Source: Podarcis bocagei
Taxonomy: Eukaryota
Length of the DNA stretch: 64,000 nt
Reading direction: 5' to 3' (one strand)
Assembly (NCBI GenBank): GCA_964188305.1
Contig: OZ076885.1
Shown: positions 58,710 to 64,000 of the stretch, piece by piece
Position numbering within the stretch: the first letter of the stretch is position 1
Layout of the letters: every line of letters begins with the position of its first letter
Translations under genes and position numbers: made by a program
Notes under the pieces: model-generated
The model's database searches: none
Told to the model about the DNA's origin: nothing
Seen by the model: only the letters and a program-made list of their open reading frames with translations

Positions 58710-59497
58710 TTCTAGATGCTAGATGAATGACTCCCTGCTATAGTGATATAGCCACAGAATACTCATCCTCTGCCATTAATCTTTTAAAAACAAAGAATTA
58801 AACTTAAAAACAGTTTATAAAATGGTGCATGTAGCAGCACCAGAGATTTCTATCACTCACTGGATAGGTAGGCACTGTTTTGTACCAATGACACCAGTTA
58901 AAATATCTTCCACACTATATTCTCAATTTCATTGCTAGCTGGGGGAAGAATAGGCTTTCCCCAGTAACAAGTATTTGTCCACCACACAATCACCAGCTGC
59001 ACATTTCTTCCTACAAATAAGGAGCTGTAAAGGCCCAAAACTTGCATGTCTTTCCTTGTGACATTTTCCATGCTGAATGTTTTCAACAGAGAAAGTAGAA
59101 AAGCCTTAGATTTCAACTGTCCATTTTAAATTAAATCCTTGCTCATTCTTGAGCAAGAGAGGCTGAATTAAGATGTGAAAAAAGAAAATAACTCAAGGAA
59201 GCATAAATTCTAACTCTCTTGCATCCAATTTACAGGGGCACAAAAAGATATCATTCACTGTTTTTTTATATATCTCTCTCTCTCTCTGGAACAAGGTGGA
59301 AGACAACAGGCCATTGACATGAATGGTAATTGTGCAAGACCATAGCAAGACACTGTTTTAAAACACACAGTGTCTCATATTACAGAAGTCCCTTTGTGTC
59401 TAACAGGCTTTGTAAGCCTCAGTGTGATTATACAATATACCCTTATACACCCCAAAATTTTCATTTTACAACCATAGCTGAGGCCAGTACAAATGTA

Positions 59498-60191
59498 CCG
59501 TATTTTTCGTCCCATAGGACGCACCTAGTTTTTTGGGGGGGAAATAAAGGGGAAAAAAATTCCCTTTATTTCCCCCACCCCAAAAGCAGGTCGGGGAAAC
59601 CGAACCAGGTCGAGGAACAGCGGGATGGTGGCGCTGCGCCTCCCTGCTGTCCCCCAAGCTTGTGGGGCTGGCCGATGTCTGCCCGGCGCGAGGGGCGCTC
59701 TGTTTCAGGGCGCCCTGCCCGCTGGGCGGCAGGCTGCTATCCGCAGCATGGGGAGCCCTGCGGGGAACTCCTGCAAGGCTCCCCACGCTGCGGATGTCTG
59801 CCCGGCGCGAGGGGCGCTCTGCTTCAGGGCACCCCGCCCGCTGGGCGGCAGGCTGCTATCCGCAGCCTAGACATCCCTGCGGGACCTCCCGCAGGGCTGC
59901 CTAGGCTGCGGAGGTGTTCCCGAAGCCCCGGGCACTCTGCTTTCAGGGCGCCTGACGCTCCGGGAAGCAGGCTGCTATCCGCAGCCTAGATAGCCCTGCG
60001 GGACCTTCCGCAGGGCTGCCTAGCCTGCGGATGTGTTCCTGAAGCCTGGAGAGCAAGAGGGGTTGGTGCGCACCAACCCCTCTCGCTCTCCAAGCTTCAG
60101 CAAAAGCCTGCATTCGCCCCATAGGACGCACCCAGATTTCCCCTTCATTTTGGGAGGGGAAAAAGTGCATCCTATAGGGCGAAAAATACGG
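59498..60191. mobile_element. 694-bp member of the same Tc2/pogo-like family as 37678-40396, in opposite orientation
   Basis: TA-CCGTATTTTTCG...CGAAAAATACGG-TA. About 80 bp at 60110-60191 is the reverse complement of 37678-37760, and the left end matches the reverse complement of about 40320-40396. Confidence 0.88.
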
Positions 60192-63100
60192 TATTTCTTA
60201 TGAACATATATTACACTAATATTTAGTTGAAGCATAAATGAGGGTATGCTATTTTTACCATTGAATTCCTTTGGTCTTTATAAACATGTCAGCTTTTATG
60301 TCATTATATATGAAAACTTTTCTATTTCCACTTTCTCATATCTTGTTTCAAACAGTGGAATAAGAAATATGTCGCATTCCACTGTTTAAAAATGCTTGTG
60401 GCACAATGACCTGGTTTGGATGACTGAGATTTCTGCCTGTACGTACAATCCTTTTGCAGTGAGCCATGATTAAATCAAGAAGTCTTCAGCCACTGCTTCC
60501 CATTTCATCCCAAACAGGAAACTATGGTTACCAGCTTTGGAACAAACCAGGATCATAAACCAATTTTTAACTTGGCTTGCTCCACTGAACACTTCCTGTT
60601 AAAAAGCTTTGTGTGTGGGAGAAAAGATTTCTGCATATTACAGCCAATGTAGAACAACCAAATGTAGCCATTTTTTTTTAGTGTTCATTTTTTAATACAT
60701 CACGAGAGTTAGTGATAGACCTCAGACAGCTTATGAAAAAAGAATGAAGGATGCACCTACCAATGTCATAACTAAACTGAACCATCTTATCTGTCTTCTA
60801 ATTATCAGATTCTGGGAACAAGAAACAGGAGCAGGACAGCTCTGTCTTGCAATGGCTAGCAGCTGCCTTGTGGATTTTTAGCCCCACCCCCAAACAGTAA
60901 AACCTGTATTACAAGCTGCTTTTGAAATTCTTTTCAGCTCCTAAAAAGAGTCTGCCAGGAGGCATGGGAAGCTACTGTTTGAGAAATATGAGACTAAAGT
61001 TCACTGACTAGTTTAGATACCTTATTTTAAGCCCTGAAGACAGAGGTGTTGTTTTGCTAACAACACCCCCCTCCCCATGTTATTAAAGCTATTCTGTAAA
61101 ACTTAAAGGCAGCAGGAGTTTGATTACAAACTAACCAATATCTTAGCACCGAGTCTATAGATCATTGTTAACAAAGAGAAGATGCAGGTTCCTTTTGTTC
61201 AACATTATATTGGTTCCATCTCTTTGTTACTACAGAAATGTATTTGAGGCTAGATTTGCCAGACATGGCTTCTAATATTTAGCTAAATAGGTCAGGACTC
61301 AAATGGCTGTACCATTTTCTGCTTACACATTGGGGCTTTGTAAATTATATATACTGTACCTCCTTCCCGCACTGTCACCTCCCACCTCCCATGTTGTTCC
61401 TGAAGCTGCCCAGAGCAGAAGTCAATGTGGCAAAAAGTAAGAAGCACAAAAAGTAAGAAACAAGAACATATTATTTATATTTAGGAAGGTACTGTGATAG
61501 AAAGTCTGCCGTCTCAGGAAACAAAGAATTACTAAAGAGATCATGGCAAATTTTAGTGGAATGACAGTGGTTAGGGAAGAAGGTGGAGAGAGAAAATCCT
61601 CCATCAGAGATTTGGATACTTATTATTATTATTATTATTTTAACATGTCAGGAAAGTTATATTTGGATCCTTGAAAAGAAAATGAATTAGCAACTGTATC
61701 TGAAGCAACTAAAAAGCTGCTTTATGTAAAAATGAAACGCTATAATTAAAGGTAAACTTGTGGATCTAAATGTAACCAACTTTGCTCCCTGCTCGTAGTC
61801 TGAGTTACCTTCTTAATTATTCTTATTGCTTACTAATATTAATCCGGCTAGGAAACAAAGTACTACAGAAAAGCCCCAATAAAATAAATATGATAAATTA
61901 AGAATGATCAACACAGCCAGAGAAAAAATTGAAAGCAGTGTTAATCCACAGAAAGAAAATTCAAATACATTTCAGGTATGATTTGCATCCAGGGATAATA
62001 TTATTAATTATAAGTGCAGGTATTTCCATGTGACCTGCTTGAAACGTATTCAAAATATGCAAGGTTTTCCTGTGCAAGTCTATATGTGTATATTCAGAAA
62101 CAAGTCCCATAGATCAGGATGCAAAAGATAGCAGCCTCGCAGAACCAATTACAATGCATACATCTCAAGAAAAGCTGAACGAATGTTCTAGTGTTCCTCT
62201 TCTTTAGGCTCATGTTGATACTAGAATAAATAAGGATACTATGTAAACTGTGTTCACCTTGTGGCCTGAATCCATTCTTGGCACAGGCATAAAAGCATCT
62301 GTTCTGGGGAAAAACCTTATTCTAAAAAAAAAATATAGTTCAGAAATTTGATTACATTTTTTCCCAAACTAACTGCAATTCTGATAAATTATTAGACCTA
62401 GTTTTAGACACCTTTTGACAATTCACACTCAATCAGATTCATTGAGTTTATCAATGGAAATCAATTTCAGGCTACATGCAGAGAGAGTCTATTTTGATAC
62501 ACAGAAAATTTGAGGGAAATATAGCATTTCTTCCAACAACAGCCTCTGAGACGTATTAAAGATGACTTCTTTAGGACTTTTTTTAAAAAAGCAATGCAAT
62601 CCAATAATGTAAGTTGTGAATACAGTGAATGTGTATATCATAAAAGTACACCTGCCACATAGCTGGGATTGCTTTGACTTCCCATTGAGTGGCTGCTACA
62701 TAAATGGGTGAATTGAGCCTCTATATTTTGTTTTCAAATATTAACGTGTTACTGAAAGTCAGGATCCATAAGACTTGGATATGCCCAGTACAATTTGGCT
62801 TCTTCCTTTGAACAGCAGACCTACATTCTATGAAGCTCTTGAAAATCTAGTCATATTTACAGTTTGAAATCAGTTGGCCATGAAGAACAGGCCTATTGGA
62901 CAAGCAAAAAAAGTGGCAGAGCAAAAATATGGTGGTAAAATCAGCAATCATAAATTTTAAGACAACTGCAACCGTTTGTCAGAGGTTGGCCACTGGCTGT
63001 GCTGTGCCATTTGCTTATGTCAAAAAGTTAGGCTCTTTCTCTGCTTCATCTGTAAAATACTTTGAAACGGAAGTTTTGGAAACTGCTTGGAGGTGTTTTA

Positions 63101-64000
63101 ACCATCAAGTGGCATATGAATTTTATGGAATAATAAAAGGTTTAAAGTTAATCCTTGATGAAAATCTTGCTTGCAGCTTACGAAGGATAGTTGGGATGGT
63201 AGGACATTTTGGTTCACAGGCTAAGAGAGTAAGAACACAAATATACTTATGTATTACTAGTGTCTCAGTTGTTCCATGCAGAAAATCAAAGCCATGTAAA
63301 CTGGCTTTCCCAGCATTTGTGCTACCTGGAGGTTCCGCACAGAGCATCACTATAAGGAAACACACAGCACTGTTGCTAGTCTGCGAACATGGCCACTGTT
63401 TTACCACCTGAAGAGTTGAGCTTGCACTTGGCCTTTTAAGAGTTTCTTTCTAGCCCTGTCAGAAAACAATGATCTGAAGGCACATGATGCAGAAACCTCA
63501 CTGAAGCCAAGTCTGTTTGCTTCTGGTCAGCATCTTGAGGAGGAGACGATATAGGAACCCATGTATGGCGAGTTCCATAGTGGGGGAAAAGGGAGGGGGT
63601 GATGTAAATAAATTTCTAGCAGATTATTTAAGACTGATATATGATAGTCTGAATAAGCAGTTTTGTTTTCCAGTGAACAGATAAGAAGAGACAGGGGAGT
63701 ATCCAAAAAGGAGGTTTTGTGTTCCACTGAACAGATGAGGAAGATGAGATGGTTCTATCTCACTAGCACCTACAAAATCCCACAAGTCTTATTGGTCTTC
63801 CACAACTTCGCCATGGTACTGCTTTGCAATTTGAAACCCACTAGATCGCTGGATGCAGTACTTCCAAAGCAATGTACTTCCAACTATGTTTAGCTAACAA
63901 AGGCAATAGACTAAGTAGATTTTCTGTCCTTGTTAAGACTATCAATCCCTCAGCGCTCATGAACCCAAAAGGATCCCATAAAGCTTTGAAGACAATACTC

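Noticed and set aside
62896-63411. 171-aa ORF antisense to CSTF3 intron 3
   Set aside because: It starts at TTG, has no recognisable domain or exon boundaries, and is probably chance.

Overview
This is vertebrate genomic DNA, almost certainly from a squamate. A lacertid lizard is inferred from a Squam3-type SINE, an RTE/BovB LINE and lizard-type MITEs. It is not prokaryotic, and no CRISPR, rRNA or tRNA genes were seen. The window holds the gene block DEPDC7(+) - TCP11L1(+) - CSTF3(-). Reading splice sites and frames by hand gave 8 DEPDC7 coding exons (5' part outside the window, one GC-AG intron), the complete 9-exon TCP11L1 CDS (506 aa) downstream of a CpG-island first exon, and 18 CSTF3 exons (642 aa; exons 1-3 lie beyond 64000). 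Introns carry many TEs, several with readable TSDs. The most unusual object is a 2.7-kb TA-flanked Tc2/pogo-type non-autonomous element in the last CSTF3 intron. It is filled with two tandem arrays (7 x 106 bp and 7 x 220 bp) built from stacked palindromes whose arms co-vary. A second family member at 59.5 kb has the same ends but a different hairpin cargo. Other leads are a perfectly flanked 4-nt candidate microexon in CSTF3 intron 20, a TCP11L1 uORF in frame with the main CDS, and closely spaced convergent poly(A) signals. Gene identities rest on recalled similarity to human proteins, and exon numbers follow the human genes by analogy; no database search was run.
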